A stretch of 64,000 bases of DNA from an uncultured Sneathiella sp. (GTDB lineage: Bacteria; Pseudomonadota; Alphaproteobacteria; Sneathiellales; Sneathiellaceae). The stretch spans positions 598,711-662,710 of the forward strand of contig NZ_CAXBKA010000002.1 of assembly GCF_963976355.1 (NCBI RefSeq), given 5' to 3'. Under the pieces are notes generated by a model. That model ran no database searches, was not told where the DNA came from, and saw only the letters and a program-made list of their open reading frames with translations. Positions 29,451 to 38,495 of the stretch are shown here, piece by piece (the stretch's first letter is position 1; every line of letters starts with the position of its first letter). Position numbers and translations under genes: made by a program.

Positions 29451-30578
29451 TTACGAGCCGGAAAACTCCTCCCGGACCGCCTTGTTATGCTCTCCGAGAC
29501 CTGGGATGGCTCCGTACTTCTTGTCCTCTCCCGTCAGATGAATGGGGGAGGCGAGCAGATTGACCGGGCCCGAAGGGCTGTCGACGACGTTGCGTTCAAG
29601 CTGCGGATGCTTCGACAGGTCGGCGACACTGTTGAGCGCGCCGAAGGCGATGCGTCCTGCCTGCAGCCGCTCGATCACCTCGGATCGCGGCAGACTGCCG
29701 AACACCTTGTCGATTTCCGCATTGAGGGCAGGGCGGTTGCTGACCCTGAGTTCGTTCGTACAAAAGCGCGGATCATCGGCAAGGGCGGCATTCTTGAGGG
29801 CATGTTCACAGAGATTGCGCCATTCGGTCTGGTTCTGGATCGAGATGACGACGGGTCCGCCTTCCTTCGTCTCATAGGCTTCGTAAGGTGCGATGGACGG
29901 ATGGGAAAGGCCGCCGCGCCCCGGAGCCTTGCCGCCATATTCCTGATGCAGCAGCGGGACCGTCATCCAGTCCGCCATGCCGGCAAAGAGCGTTGATTTG
30001 ATGGCGCGCCCCTTGCCCGTCCGTTCCCGTTCATAGAGGGCCTCCAGCACGCCGACAAGGCCATGCATCCCGGCGGCGATATCGCAGACGGACACGCCGA
30101 CGCGGCCCGGTCCTTCCGGTGATCCGGTGACCATGGCAAGGCCCGTCTCGCTCTGGACCAGCATGTCATAGGCCTTCATTTTCGAATAGGGCCCTTCTTC
30201 TCCATAACCGGAGATATCGACGGTGATCAGGCGCGGATTTTCGGCCTGCAGCGCGTCACTCCCAAGGCCGTAGCGTGCCGCCGTGCCGGGCGCGAGATTC
30301 TGGATAAAAACATCGGCTCCGGAAATAATTTTCTTCAGAAAATCAAGGTCTTCAGCGACTTTTATGTCAAGCTGGATTGACTCCTTTCCCCGGTTGAGCC
30401 AGACGAAATAGGCGCTCATCCCATGAACGACCGTATCATAGTTTCGGGCGAAATCGCCTTCGGGCCGCTCGACCTTGATCACCCGCGCCCCGGCATCGGC
30501 GAGGCGGCAGGAAAGATAGGGGGCGGCAACCGCCTGTTCAAGGGAGACGACAAGGATTCCGTCAAGGGGTCCGGGCAT
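29451..30578 (-). CDS. CaiB/BaiF family III CoA-transferase
   Basis: N-terminus LDGILVVSLEQAVAAPYLSCRLADAGARVIKVERPEGDFAR is the family hallmark. Confidence 0.85.
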   Translation of the reverse strand: MPGPLDGILVVSLEQAVAAPYLSCRLADAGARVIKVERPEGDFARNYDTVVHGMSAYFVWLNRGKESIQLDIKVAEDLDFLKKIISGADVFIQNLAPGTAARYGLGSDALQAENPRLITVDISGYGEEGPYSKMKAYDMLVQSETGLAMVTGSPEGPGRVGVSVCDIAAGMHGLVGVLEALYERERTGKGRAIKSTLFAGMADWMTVPLLHQEYGGKAPGRGGLSHPSIAPYEAYETKEGGPVVISIQNQTEWRNLCEHALKNAALADDPRFCTNELRVSNRPALNAEIDKVFGSLPRSEVIERLQAGRIAFGALNSVADLSKHPQLERNVVDSPSGPVNLLASPIHLTGEDKKYGAIPGLGEHNKAVREEFSGS

Positions 30579-30650
30579 GATCGGCTTCTTTTTTGATTTT
30601 TCTAAGGGACCCTATCTATGCCCCGCGACGGGAAAAGAATCAATAGGCCG

Positions 30651-31319
30651 TTACCCTTTCCATATGGACAGAATGCGGCTGAGATGAGCGTGCGGCAGGC
30701 CCGTTTCTTCGTGCCAGTCATTGAAGGCCGCCTGCACGGTGGCGCGATCCGTCTTTGAGGTCAGCTTGCCGCTTGCAACCTTCAGCCGGTTGAGTGCCTC
30801 GACCACATCCGCCGTCAGGATAAAGCCGTCCTTTCCCATCATCCGGAGGAAATAGGGACCGGAATTACCGCCGAGCTGCTTGAACCGGATCTTGAGTTCA
30901 TCCCAGAGCGCAATGATATTCTCGACCGGCCAGTCGGCGATATAGTCGCCGATGGAACCGTGTTGTTTCGCAATCTCGACAAGGGCGAGGGCATTATGGT
31001 GGGTGGCGTGGATCTTGCCGAGATGGCGGATAATCGCCGTATTCTCCATAAGGCCCGCAATGTCATCCTCGGTCATGAAGGCAACGCGGGAGGGTTCGAA
31101 GCCGTGAAATGCCTCCTCAAACGCGGGCCATTTGTTCCGGACCATGGTCTGGTTCAGCCCGGTCGAGAAGATGCGAAAGCTCATGGCGGAAAAATACTCG
31201 GCGGCGGGAATGGCGCGCAGCTCGGCCTCTGTTTTAAGCGCGGGCATCCGGGCGGCGAGCTCGTCCGCGCCACCGGCCGCCTGTTCCGCTTCTTTACGGA
31301 TCTTGTCAAATGATATCAT
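30651..31319 (-). CDS. Tag-like (DNA-3-methyladenine glycosylase I fold) protein, atypical
   Basis: The core FEPSRVAFMTEDDIAGLMENTAIIRHLGKIHATHHNA parallels E. coli Tag FDPVKVAAMQEEDVERLVQDAGIIRHRGKIQAIIGNA. No Cys is present at either terminus. Confidence 0.55.
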   Translation of the reverse strand: MISFDKIRKEAEQAAGGADELAARMPALKTEAELRAIPAAEYFSAMSFRIFSTGLNQTMVRNKWPAFEEAFHGFEPSRVAFMTEDDIAGLMENTAIIRHLGKIHATHHNALALVEIAKQHGSIGDYIADWPVENIIALWDELKIRFKQLGGNSGPYFLRMMGKDGFILTADVVEALNRLKVASGKLTSKTDRATVQAAFNDWHEETGLPHAHLSRILSIWKG

Positions 31320-31370
31320 CGGGCCCTCCTTGATCGATGGCGACAGAATAGCCCGAACTTGTGCGCACCG

Positions 31371-33635
31371 CTACGCCGTAAATCCGGCTTTGGACAAGGG
31401 CAGTTCCCGGACGCGCTCCCCGGTGGCGGCGAAGATGGCGTTGGCAAGGGCCGGGGCGATGGGCGGAGTACCGGGCTCGCCGATCCCGCCCATGCGGCGT
31501 CTGCTCGGCGCGAGATGCACCTCGATGTCCGGACAGTTCGCGAGGCGGACCATCTCGTAATCGGGGAAATTGCCATTAATGACCACGCCGTTCTCGATCT
31601 CAATCTCGCCATAGAGCGCTGCCGTCAGGCCGAAGATGATCCCGCCTTCCATCTGCGCCGTTACCGTGTCGGGATTGACGACCGTGCCGCAATCCACCAC
31701 GCAGAATACCTTATCTACGGTGAGGGCCTTGTCCGCGCCGACCGTCACCTCGACAACCTGCCCGACGATCGAGCCATAGGATTCATGCAGGGCCACGCCG
31801 CGTCCGCGTCCCGCCGCGAGCGGAGCATCCCAGGCGCTCACCTGCACCAGTTTCTTCAATACCGTGGAAAAATCCGGATGTGTCGTCAGATGGGCAAAGC
31901 GGAAGGCGACCGGGTCCTGCCCGGCGGCATGGGCCATCTCATCCATGAAGGATTCGGTGAAAAAGGCGTTGTAGGAATGGCCGACGCTCCGCCAGAAGCC
32001 CACCGGCACCAGTAGTTCCACCGGCACATGATCGACCCGCAGGTTCGGAAATTCATAAGGCAGGTCCGCCGCACCCTCGGCGGTGGTGTTGTCCGATCTG
32101 TCCATCGTCATCCAGGGCAGGAGACGGGCAGTGAAGGACCCGCCGACCGATTGGCTGACGATCCGGTTGTCCCAGCCCGCCATCTTGCCGCCGCTATCAA
32201 GACTGCCGCGAAAGCGGGAGAGGGCGGCCGGGCGGTACATGTCATGCTGCATGTCATCCTCGCGCGTCCATTGCAGCTTGACCGGACGGCCTTTCATTTC
32301 CCTGGCGATGGCGACCGCCATGACCGCGAGGTCGATTTCGGCCCGCCGCCCGAAACCCCCGCCGAGATAGGGCGTGTGGATCCTGATATTCTCGGAATCG
32401 ATATCCACGAGATCGCCAGCATACCATTTCATCAGGGTCGGCGCCTGATTGGGCATCCAGATATCCAGCGTCTCGTCGGTCAGCAGGGCCGTGCAGTTCA
32501 TCGGTTCCATGCAGGCATGGGCGAGATAGGGAACCTTGTAAATCGCCTCGATCGTCGGCGGCGATTCCTCAAACGCGGTTTTGACATCGCCCGCTTCGGC
32601 ATAGTCGCGGGCATCGCCGTCTTGCAGTTTTTCTTCCAGCCGCGCCATGATGCTGGCAGATGAATACTCTTTTGCTGGCCCTTCCGTAAAGACGGGATCA
32701 AGCGCCTCCACCGCCGATTTCGCGCGCCAGAAGCTGTCGGCGACAACAGCGACGGCATTTTCGAGCGGGACGACTTTGAGCACGCCGGGCATTTCCATCG
32801 CCGGGGCGGGATCATGGCTTTCAAGGGTTCCATCCAGGGTCGGGGCCAGGCGGACAGCGGCATGGACCATGCCATCAAGCATGATGTCGGTACCGAAAAC
32901 GGCGCTGCCGTCGACCTTGGCGGGAATATCAAGGCGCTTTTGCGGCGTGCCGATCAGCTTGAACTCGCTGGCGTCCTTCAGCTTCGGCTCGATGGAGACG
33001 GCCTCTTCGGCGGCGGCAGCAACGAACTCGCCATAGCTGCCTTCGCGGCCTTCCTCGCGGTGGCTGATAATGCCGTTCCTGACCTCGCATTCGCTGGCGG
33101 GCACGCCCCAGCTTTTCGCGGCGGCGCTGACCAGCATGGCCTTCGCCATCGCCCCGGCCTGCCGCATGGGCGCCCAGGCATCGCGGACCGAGGTGCTGCC
33201 GCCGGTGACCTGAACCCCGAGCAGGCGACCGACTTTCTCCATGGCCCAGGCGCCGACGGTATCCTCGCCCTTGTGATAGCCGTCATTGAAGGGCAGCGAG
33301 TCCTGTATCAGGGTGATATTCGCATAGACATCATCGACCGGCGACTGCTCGGCGGTGACATCGGCGAAATAGACATCCATTTCCTCGGCGACCAGCATGG
33401 CAAGCGCGGTATAGACGCCCTGTCCCATTTCCGAGCGGGGAATGGCGACGGTGACCTTGCCGTCCTGATCGACCTTGACCCAGGCATTGAGGGCGATTTC
33501 GCCTTCATCGGTGGTGGCGCGAAGGGCAGCGCTGTCGCGATGATTGCCATCGAAGCTGCAACCGACGGCAAGGCCGCCGCCGACGAGAGCGCCCGCCACC
33601 ATGAAATTGCGCCGCGTAAGCGTGAAATTGCTCAT
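31371..33635 (-). CDS. Molybdopterin-binding large subunit of an aldehyde-oxidase/xanthine-dehydrogenase-family oxidoreductase (IorB-like)
   Basis: 754 aa with a Tat-type leader TRRNFMVAGALVGGGLAVGC. Its ATGA-type overlap with the upstream 2Fe-2S subunit fits the family organisation. Confidence 0.85.
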   Translation of the reverse strand: MSNFTLTRRNFMVAGALVGGGLAVGCSFDGNHRDSAALRATTDEGEIALNAWVKVDQDGKVTVAIPRSEMGQGVYTALAMLVAEEMDVYFADVTAEQSPVDDVYANITLIQDSLPFNDGYHKGEDTVGAWAMEKVGRLLGVQVTGGSTSVRDAWAPMRQAGAMAKAMLVSAAAKSWGVPASECEVRNGIISHREEGREGSYGEFVAAAAEEAVSIEPKLKDASEFKLIGTPQKRLDIPAKVDGSAVFGTDIMLDGMVHAAVRLAPTLDGTLESHDPAPAMEMPGVLKVVPLENAVAVVADSFWRAKSAVEALDPVFTEGPAKEYSSASIMARLEEKLQDGDARDYAEAGDVKTAFEESPPTIEAIYKVPYLAHACMEPMNCTALLTDETLDIWMPNQAPTLMKWYAGDLVDIDSENIRIHTPYLGGGFGRRAEIDLAVMAVAIAREMKGRPVKLQWTREDDMQHDMYRPAALSRFRGSLDSGGKMAGWDNRIVSQSVGGSFTARLLPWMTMDRSDNTTAEGAADLPYEFPNLRVDHVPVELLVPVGFWRSVGHSYNAFFTESFMDEMAHAAGQDPVAFRFAHLTTHPDFSTVLKKLVQVSAWDAPLAAGRGRGVALHESYGSIVGQVVEVTVGADKALTVDKVFCVVDCGTVVNPDTVTAQMEGGIIFGLTAALYGEIEIENGVVINGNFPDYEMVRLANCPDIEVHLAPSRRRMGGIGEPGTPPIAPALANAIFAATGERVRELPLSKAGFTA

Positions 33636-34093
33636 TGGGTCCCGCCTTGCAGTTCAATCGCGCGGCGGATGGCTTTTCGGATACGCGGATAGGTGCCGCA
33701 GCGGCAAATATTGGTGATGTTCTCCGCAATCTCGGCATCGCTGGGGTTCGGGTTATCGCGCAGAAAGGCGGAGACCGCCATGATCAGGCCGGACTGGCAA
33801 TATCCGCATTGCGGCACCTGCTCGTCGATCCATGCCTGCTGCACCGGATGAAGCTTGTCGGTTGCCATGCCCTCGATTGTCGTGATTTTTGCGCCCACTG
33901 CATCCACGGCGAGATAACCGCAGGAGCGCACCGCCTCGCCATCCACATGAACGGTGCAGGCGCCGCAGGCGGAAATCCCGCAGCCATATTTGGTGCCGGT
34001 CAGCTTCGCGGTATCGCGCAGGGCCCAGAGAAGCGGAGTATCCTCCTCCACCTCCAGTTCGTGCATCGTCCCATTTATGTCGAGCTTGATCAT
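33632..34093 (-). CDS. (2Fe-2S)-binding small subunit (IorA-like)
   Basis: Cys motifs CGISACGACTV and CGYCQSG. The start is moved to ATG 34093 (MIKLDINGT). Confidence 0.85.
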   Translation of the reverse strand: MIKLDINGTMHELEVEEDTPLLWALRDTAKLTGTKYGCGISACGACTVHVDGEAVRSCGYLAVDAVGAKITTIEGMATDKLHPVQQAWIDEQVPQCGYCQSGLIMAVSAFLRDNPNPSDAEIAENITNICRCGTYPRIRKAIRRAIELQGGTQ

Positions 34094-34204
34094 CGGGCTC
34101 CGTCCGTCACTTCCGGAAAACAGGCATGAATAATAGAATATGTTGCCGGAATTCTCCATGACAACCCGTGAAGGTGTCATATTTGTGGCTGGCCACCAGC
34201 GGGA

Positions 34205-36010
34205 TTAGGCCGCGCCGTCCTCGATCGCCTTCAGGAAGGTCGAGCCGTATTTCTCCAGCTTGCTGCGGCCGACGCCCTGCAATTCCCCGAAGGCCGTAAG
34301 CGACTGGGGCTTGAGCGCCGCCATCTCGATCAATGTCCGGTCATGGAAAATAACATAGGGCGGGACATTCTGTTCTTTTGCGAGGGTAAGGCGGACGGAT
34401 TTCAGAAGGTTGAACAGTGCCTCCTCATGGGCGTTAGAAAAATTGCGGGATGGTTTCGCCGTCGACTTCTCGCCCTTCGGCCGCGCCGGGCTCTTTTTCA
34501 GCTCCAGCGTTACGTCCCCTTTGAGAACCGGGCGGCAGCTCTCGTCCAGCGACAGGCCGCCATACCCCTCCATATCGACATTGAGCAGCCCATGGGCGAG
34601 CAGCTGGCGGAAGATCGATTGCCAGTCCGGGCGGCTGATCCCCTTGCCCATGCCATAGGTGCTGAGGCGGTCATGGCCGAATTTGCGGATTTTCTCGGTT
34701 TCCGCGCCAAAGAGGATATCGATGATATGACCGGCGCCGAACATCTCGCCGCTCCTGTATATACAGGAGAGGGCCATCTGCGCCGCTTCCGTGGCATCGA
34801 AAAGATCGGCCGGTTCCAGACAGTTGTCGCAGTTGCCGCAGGTTTCGGGCGGATCCTCCCCGAAATATTTCAGGATCAGGTAACGTCGGCAGAGCGCGCT
34901 TTCGCAGAACTGCAAAAGCGATTCGAGCTTCGTGCGGTCCAGCTGCTGCTGGGCGAGCGTCTTGTCCGGGTTCTGCATCAGGAACTTGAGTTTCGCCACA
35001 TCCTGAAGGCCATAGGCAAGCCAGGCATCGGCGGGCAAGCCGTCGCGCCCGGCGCGGCCTGTCTCCTGATAATAGCTCTCCATATTCTTCGGCAGGTCCA
35101 GATGGGCGACGAAGCGCACATCCGGCTTGTCGATCCCCATGCCGAAGGCGATGGTCGCGACGATGATCACCGCATCCTCCTTCAGGAAGCGTGCCTGCGT
35201 CGCCTGCCGTGTCTCCGCTTCCAGCCCGGCGTGATAAGGGAGCGCAATGCGTCCCGTCGCGGCAATCTTCGCGGCGACCTGCTCCACCTTCTTGCGGGAC
35301 ATGCAATAGACAATACCCGCATCCTCGTTATGTTCGGTCTTGATGAAATCGAGCAGCTGCGCCGTGCCATTGGTCTTGGTTGTCAGGCGGTAACAGATAT
35401 TCGGCCGGTCGAATCCGGCGCGATAAATTTCCCCATAAGAAAGGCCAAGCCGCTCGACGATATCCTTCTCCGTCGGCTCATCCGCCGTGGCGGTAAGGGC
35501 GAGGCGCGGCACATTCGGGAACTTCTCGTGCAGGACAGCAAGGCGGAGATACTCGGGGCGGAAATCATGGCCCCATTGCGAGACACAATGCGCCTCGTCA
35601 ATCGCGAAGAGAGAAATCTCAGAGCGTGAGACAAGATCAAGAAAACCGCCCGCAAACAGCCGTTCCGGCGCAATATAGAGGAGTTTGAGCTCGCCGTTCA
35701 GGAAGGCGGTCCGGACCCTTTCCTGTTCCTCCAGGCTATGGGCGGAATTAAGCGCCGCCGCCGCGATGCCGAGCTGTTGCAGGGCTTCCACCTGGTTCTG
35801 CATCAGGGCGATCAACGGCGAAATGACGATGGCCGTTCCCTCCATGCAGAGCGCCGGGATCTGGTAGCAGAGCGACTTGCCGCCACCCGTCGGCATGAGG
35901 ACGAGGGCGTCTCGCTTGGCAATGATATGATCGATAATGTCGGCCTGGTCCCCCCGGAACGCGGGATAGCCGAAAACGGAGGTGAGAATCTGGACAGGGT
36001 TACGCAACAT
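34205..36010 (-). CDS. recQ: ATP-dependent DNA helicase RecQ
   Basis: 601 aa with MPTGGGKSLCYQIPA, FAIDEAHCVSQWGHDFRPEY, the zinc-binding CGNCDNC and a C-terminal HRDC-like region. Confidence 0.95.
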   Translation of the reverse strand: MLRNPVQILTSVFGYPAFRGDQADIIDHIIAKRDALVLMPTGGGKSLCYQIPALCMEGTAIVISPLIALMQNQVEALQQLGIAAAALNSAHSLEEQERVRTAFLNGELKLLYIAPERLFAGGFLDLVSRSEISLFAIDEAHCVSQWGHDFRPEYLRLAVLHEKFPNVPRLALTATADEPTEKDIVERLGLSYGEIYRAGFDRPNICYRLTTKTNGTAQLLDFIKTEHNEDAGIVYCMSRKKVEQVAAKIAATGRIALPYHAGLEAETRQATQARFLKEDAVIIVATIAFGMGIDKPDVRFVAHLDLPKNMESYYQETGRAGRDGLPADAWLAYGLQDVAKLKFLMQNPDKTLAQQQLDRTKLESLLQFCESALCRRYLILKYFGEDPPETCGNCDNCLEPADLFDATEAAQMALSCIYRSGEMFGAGHIIDILFGAETEKIRKFGHDRLSTYGMGKGISRPDWQSIFRQLLAHGLLNVDMEGYGGLSLDESCRPVLKGDVTLELKKSPARPKGEKSTAKPSRNFSNAHEEALFNLLKSVRLTLAKEQNVPPYVIFHDRTLIEMAALKPQSLTAFGELQGVGRSKLEKYGSTFLKAIEDGAA

Positions 36011-36094
36011 ACCCCTTTATACAGTCATCCTGTCGCCGATCAATGGGGGATTGGCGGACGGAGGCGGGTTATTCGCCTTCGCCGGTTGGTGAGG

Positions 36095-36361
36095 TCAGCC
36101 GCGCTGCTTCAGCTGTTCCTTGAGCGCCTGTATTTCGAGGGCGGCTTCGGCGAGGAGTGATTTCAGACGCTGGTTTTCCTCGTCAACTTTTTTAAGGCGG
36201 CTTATTTCCTGGGCGCCGCTCTGCTCGGCCCGTTTTTTCCAGCGGTAGAGTGTCGCCCGGGAAACATCATGGGCCTTTGCTGTCTCTTCCATCGTCCGGC
36301 CGCCGGCCAGTTCCTGAAGGATCATGTTGATCTCCTGCTGAGTATAACTTTTGCGTTCCAT
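36095..36361 (-). CDS. Orphan IS3-family transposase OrfA-like HTH/leucine-zipper protein (no OrfB)
   Basis: 88 aa. HTH AKAHDVSRATLYRWKKR plus the coiled coil ENQRLKSLLAEAALEIQALKEQLK is typical of IS3/IS911 OrfA. Only 84 nt separate it from recQ, so no orfB follows. Confidence 0.6.
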   Translation of the reverse strand: MERKSYTQQEINMILQELAGGRTMEETAKAHDVSRATLYRWKKRAEQSGAQEISRLKKVDEENQRLKSLLAEAALEIQALKEQLKQRG

Positions 36362-36461
36362 GAGACTGAACGTCCTCGATTGAATGTTTTTACCGTGCCA
36401 TCATGCCTCAGCTTTCCGTTGTCGTTTCATATCCGTTGCCGTCGCCAGCGAGAGGGCTGTC

Positions 36462-36791
36462 CTACTTCTTCCCGAGTTCATTGACCACCGCCTGGAGGGC
36501 GGCGAGATTTTCCGGTATGGCGCTGCCGGCGATCAGATCCTGCGAGGCCTTCGCCGCCGCGGCCGGATCGGAACTCAGCAACTGCTTGGATGCTGCGATG
36601 GTAATGGCGTTATGTATCGAATAGCTATGTTGCTGTTGCGCGATGACGTTCTGAAGCGCGAGCCCGACTGAGTGGGCCATCTGCTGATACAGAATGGCCA
36701 TTGCCTCGGATGGGGCATCCCCCAGGACGCTTAAATTCGTCTGCGCGATGGCGCCCGTTATCTGGCTGTTTACAAATGACTCTGATGGCAT
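36462..36791 (-). CDS. RebB-family (R-body 'killing trait') protein, paralog R1
   Basis: 109 aa. VNSQITGAIAQTNLSVLGDAPSEAMAILYQQMAHSVGLALQNVIAQQQ matches the Reb signature. Confidence 0.85.
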   Translation of the reverse strand: MPSESFVNSQITGAIAQTNLSVLGDAPSEAMAILYQQMAHSVGLALQNVIAQQQHSYSIHNAITIAASKQLLSSDPAAAAKASQDLIAGSAIPENLAALQAVVNELGKK

Positions 36792-36847
36792 TGCCGCTCT
36801 CCTGTTGTCCTTCTGGGTTGTCCGGGTGATACGATTTTATCGGGACG

Positions 36848-37252
36848 CTAAGGCTTCAGCGGTGTCTGCGGCGGGGCGTGGGGCGGCGTTGCCGCCGTCG
36901 GGCGGGCGGCCGGTTGCAGCGCATGGCTGTTATGGTGGAAATGGTGGGTGGCCAGCGGATAGCGCGATTGGTTTAGTACGCCCGCCGTGCTGCGTCCGGC
37001 TGTCGCCGAAGAGAGCGCCAGCAGCGATTGCAGGTTCTGCGCCGTTGACGCCAGGCTGAGGCTGTAGTTGTTCTGCTGGTTTGCCACTGCATTCTGCATG
37101 GAGGTGCCCACGGCCTGCGCCGTGGTCTGGTAAAGGGTGCCCAGTGATTGGGCCGGCGCAAGGCCGATATTCATCACATTCGTCTGGGTGATGGCATCGG
37201 TGATCTGGCTGTTCACCGACTTTGTCTGTTCCGATGTCTTGGTTGCGGTCAT
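36848..37252 (-). CDS. RebB-family protein, paralog R2, with a His/Pro-rich C-terminal extension
   Basis: 134 aa. The core is VNSQITDAITQTNVMNIGLAPAQSLGTLYQTTAQAVGTSMQNAVANQQ. The tail is HHFHHNSHALQPAARPTAATPPHAPPQTPLKP. Confidence 0.8.
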   Translation of the reverse strand: MTATKTSEQTKSVNSQITDAITQTNVMNIGLAPAQSLGTLYQTTAQAVGTSMQNAVANQQNNYSLSLASTAQNLQSLLALSSATAGRSTAGVLNQSRYPLATHHFHHNSHALQPAARPTAATPPHAPPQTPLKP

Positions 37253-37374
37253 GGGCTTATCCTGTTGCGATCGATGCGGCCGCCGGGTCGAATACTACGC
37301 TTCTGCCACCCCGGGCGACAAAGGCGCAATATTCGATATACCGGTGAGAATAAAGCTGTTCTCAGGCAGCGGGG

Positions 37375-37731
37375 TTATGTGTTGAATTTTGGGGCGTTCG
37401 GGTTCTCCTGGCGAAAGCTCGACAGGACGCCTTTCAACGCCGCCATGGTTTCGGCGACCGGGTTGCCGCTCAGGATTTCCTGAGTAGACTTGCCTTCCGC
37501 TGCGACATCCAGGGTATACAGCAGGCTGACCGCCCCGGTAACCACAGCAGAATCGATGGAATTCTTATGCTGCTGGTTGGCGACCATATTCTGCATCGAC
37601 ATACCTGTGGACTGTGCGAGCATCTGGTACAGCATGCCCATTGATTCCGCCGGGGCATCGCCCAGCACCTTGACGTTTGTCTGGGTGACTGAATCGGTGA
37701 TCTGGCTGTTCATCCAAGTATTATCCGCCAT
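37375..37731 (-). CDS. RebB-family protein, paralog R3
   Basis: 118 aa. MNSQITDSVTQTNVKVLGDAPAESMGMLYQMLAQSTGMSMQNMVANQQ. SD AAAGGAG upstream. Confidence 0.88.
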   Translation of the reverse strand: MADNTWMNSQITDSVTQTNVKVLGDAPAESMGMLYQMLAQSTGMSMQNMVANQQHKNSIDSAVVTGAVSLLYTLDVAAEGKSTQEILSGNPVAETMAALKGVLSSFRQENPNAPKFNT

Positions 37732-37772
37732 TATCTAACTCCTTTATCTTTCATGTCCTTGGTAAAAGCCGC

Positions 37773-38093
37773 TTAGAATGCTCTCGCGGCGGCCTGTAGT
37801 GAGGTGAGGGCTTCCGCAACCGGGTTGCCGCCGAGAATCTCGGAGGTTGCCTTGGAATCGGTGGCCGTTGACATGGCGTAGAGAACATTCGTTCCCTGCG
37901 TTGTCACCGCGAGGTCAACCGAGTTGGCTCCCTGCTGGTTCGAAATGGCATTCTGCATGCTCGCGCCGACGACCTGGGCAAAAACCTGATAGGCATTGGC
38001 CATGGCAATGGCGGGCGCATCTCCCAGAATGCTGACATTGGCTTGGGTAACGGAATCGGTTATCTGGGCATTGACTGGTGTATCCCCTGGCAT
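37773..38093 (-). CDS. RebB-family protein, paralog R4
   Basis: 106 aa. VNAQITDSVTQANVSILGDAPAIAMANAYQVFAQVVGASMQNAISNQQ. SD AAAGGAGA upstream. Confidence 0.88.
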   Translation of the reverse strand: MPGDTPVNAQITDSVTQANVSILGDAPAIAMANAYQVFAQVVGASMQNAISNQQGANSVDLAVTTQGTNVLYAMSTATDSKATSEILGGNPVAEALTSLQAAARAF

Positions 38094-38141
38094 GGGTCAT
38101 TCTCCTTTAATAGTCTCAGGAACTCTTTCCTGTTAATGAAA

Positions 38142-38495
38142 TTAGGTTTGTGACTTCTGTGCTGTTTGCGCTTTCTTCAATTCAACGATGATAGCCTGAA
38201 GCGCGGAGACTATTTCTGCGTTTACATTTCCGGACAGGATTTCCTGTGATGCCTTCGCATCGAGCGAGGTATCCAGGCTGTAAAGCATGGCAACCCCCTG
38301 GCTGACGATGGCGTTGTCAATGGTGTTCATGCTGTGCTGGTTGGCGACCGCATTCTGCATGGACACACCGACGGCCTGGGCCATCATCTGATAGACCGTC
38401 CCCATGGATTGCGCCGGCGCACCACCGATCACTATCATGTTGGACTGGGTAACGGCATCGGTTATTTGGCTATTGACGGGTGTGTCGTTTGCCAT
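38142..38495 (-). CDS. RebB-family protein, paralog R5
   Basis: 117 aa. VNSQITDAVTQSNMIVIGGAPAQSMGTVYQMMAQAVGVSMQNAVANQH. SD AAGAGGA upstream. Confidence 0.88.
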   Translation of the reverse strand: MANDTPVNSQITDAVTQSNMIVIGGAPAQSMGTVYQMMAQAVGVSMQNAVANQHSMNTIDNAIVSQGVAMLYSLDTSLDAKASQEILSGNVNAEIVSALQAIIVELKKAQTAQKSQT

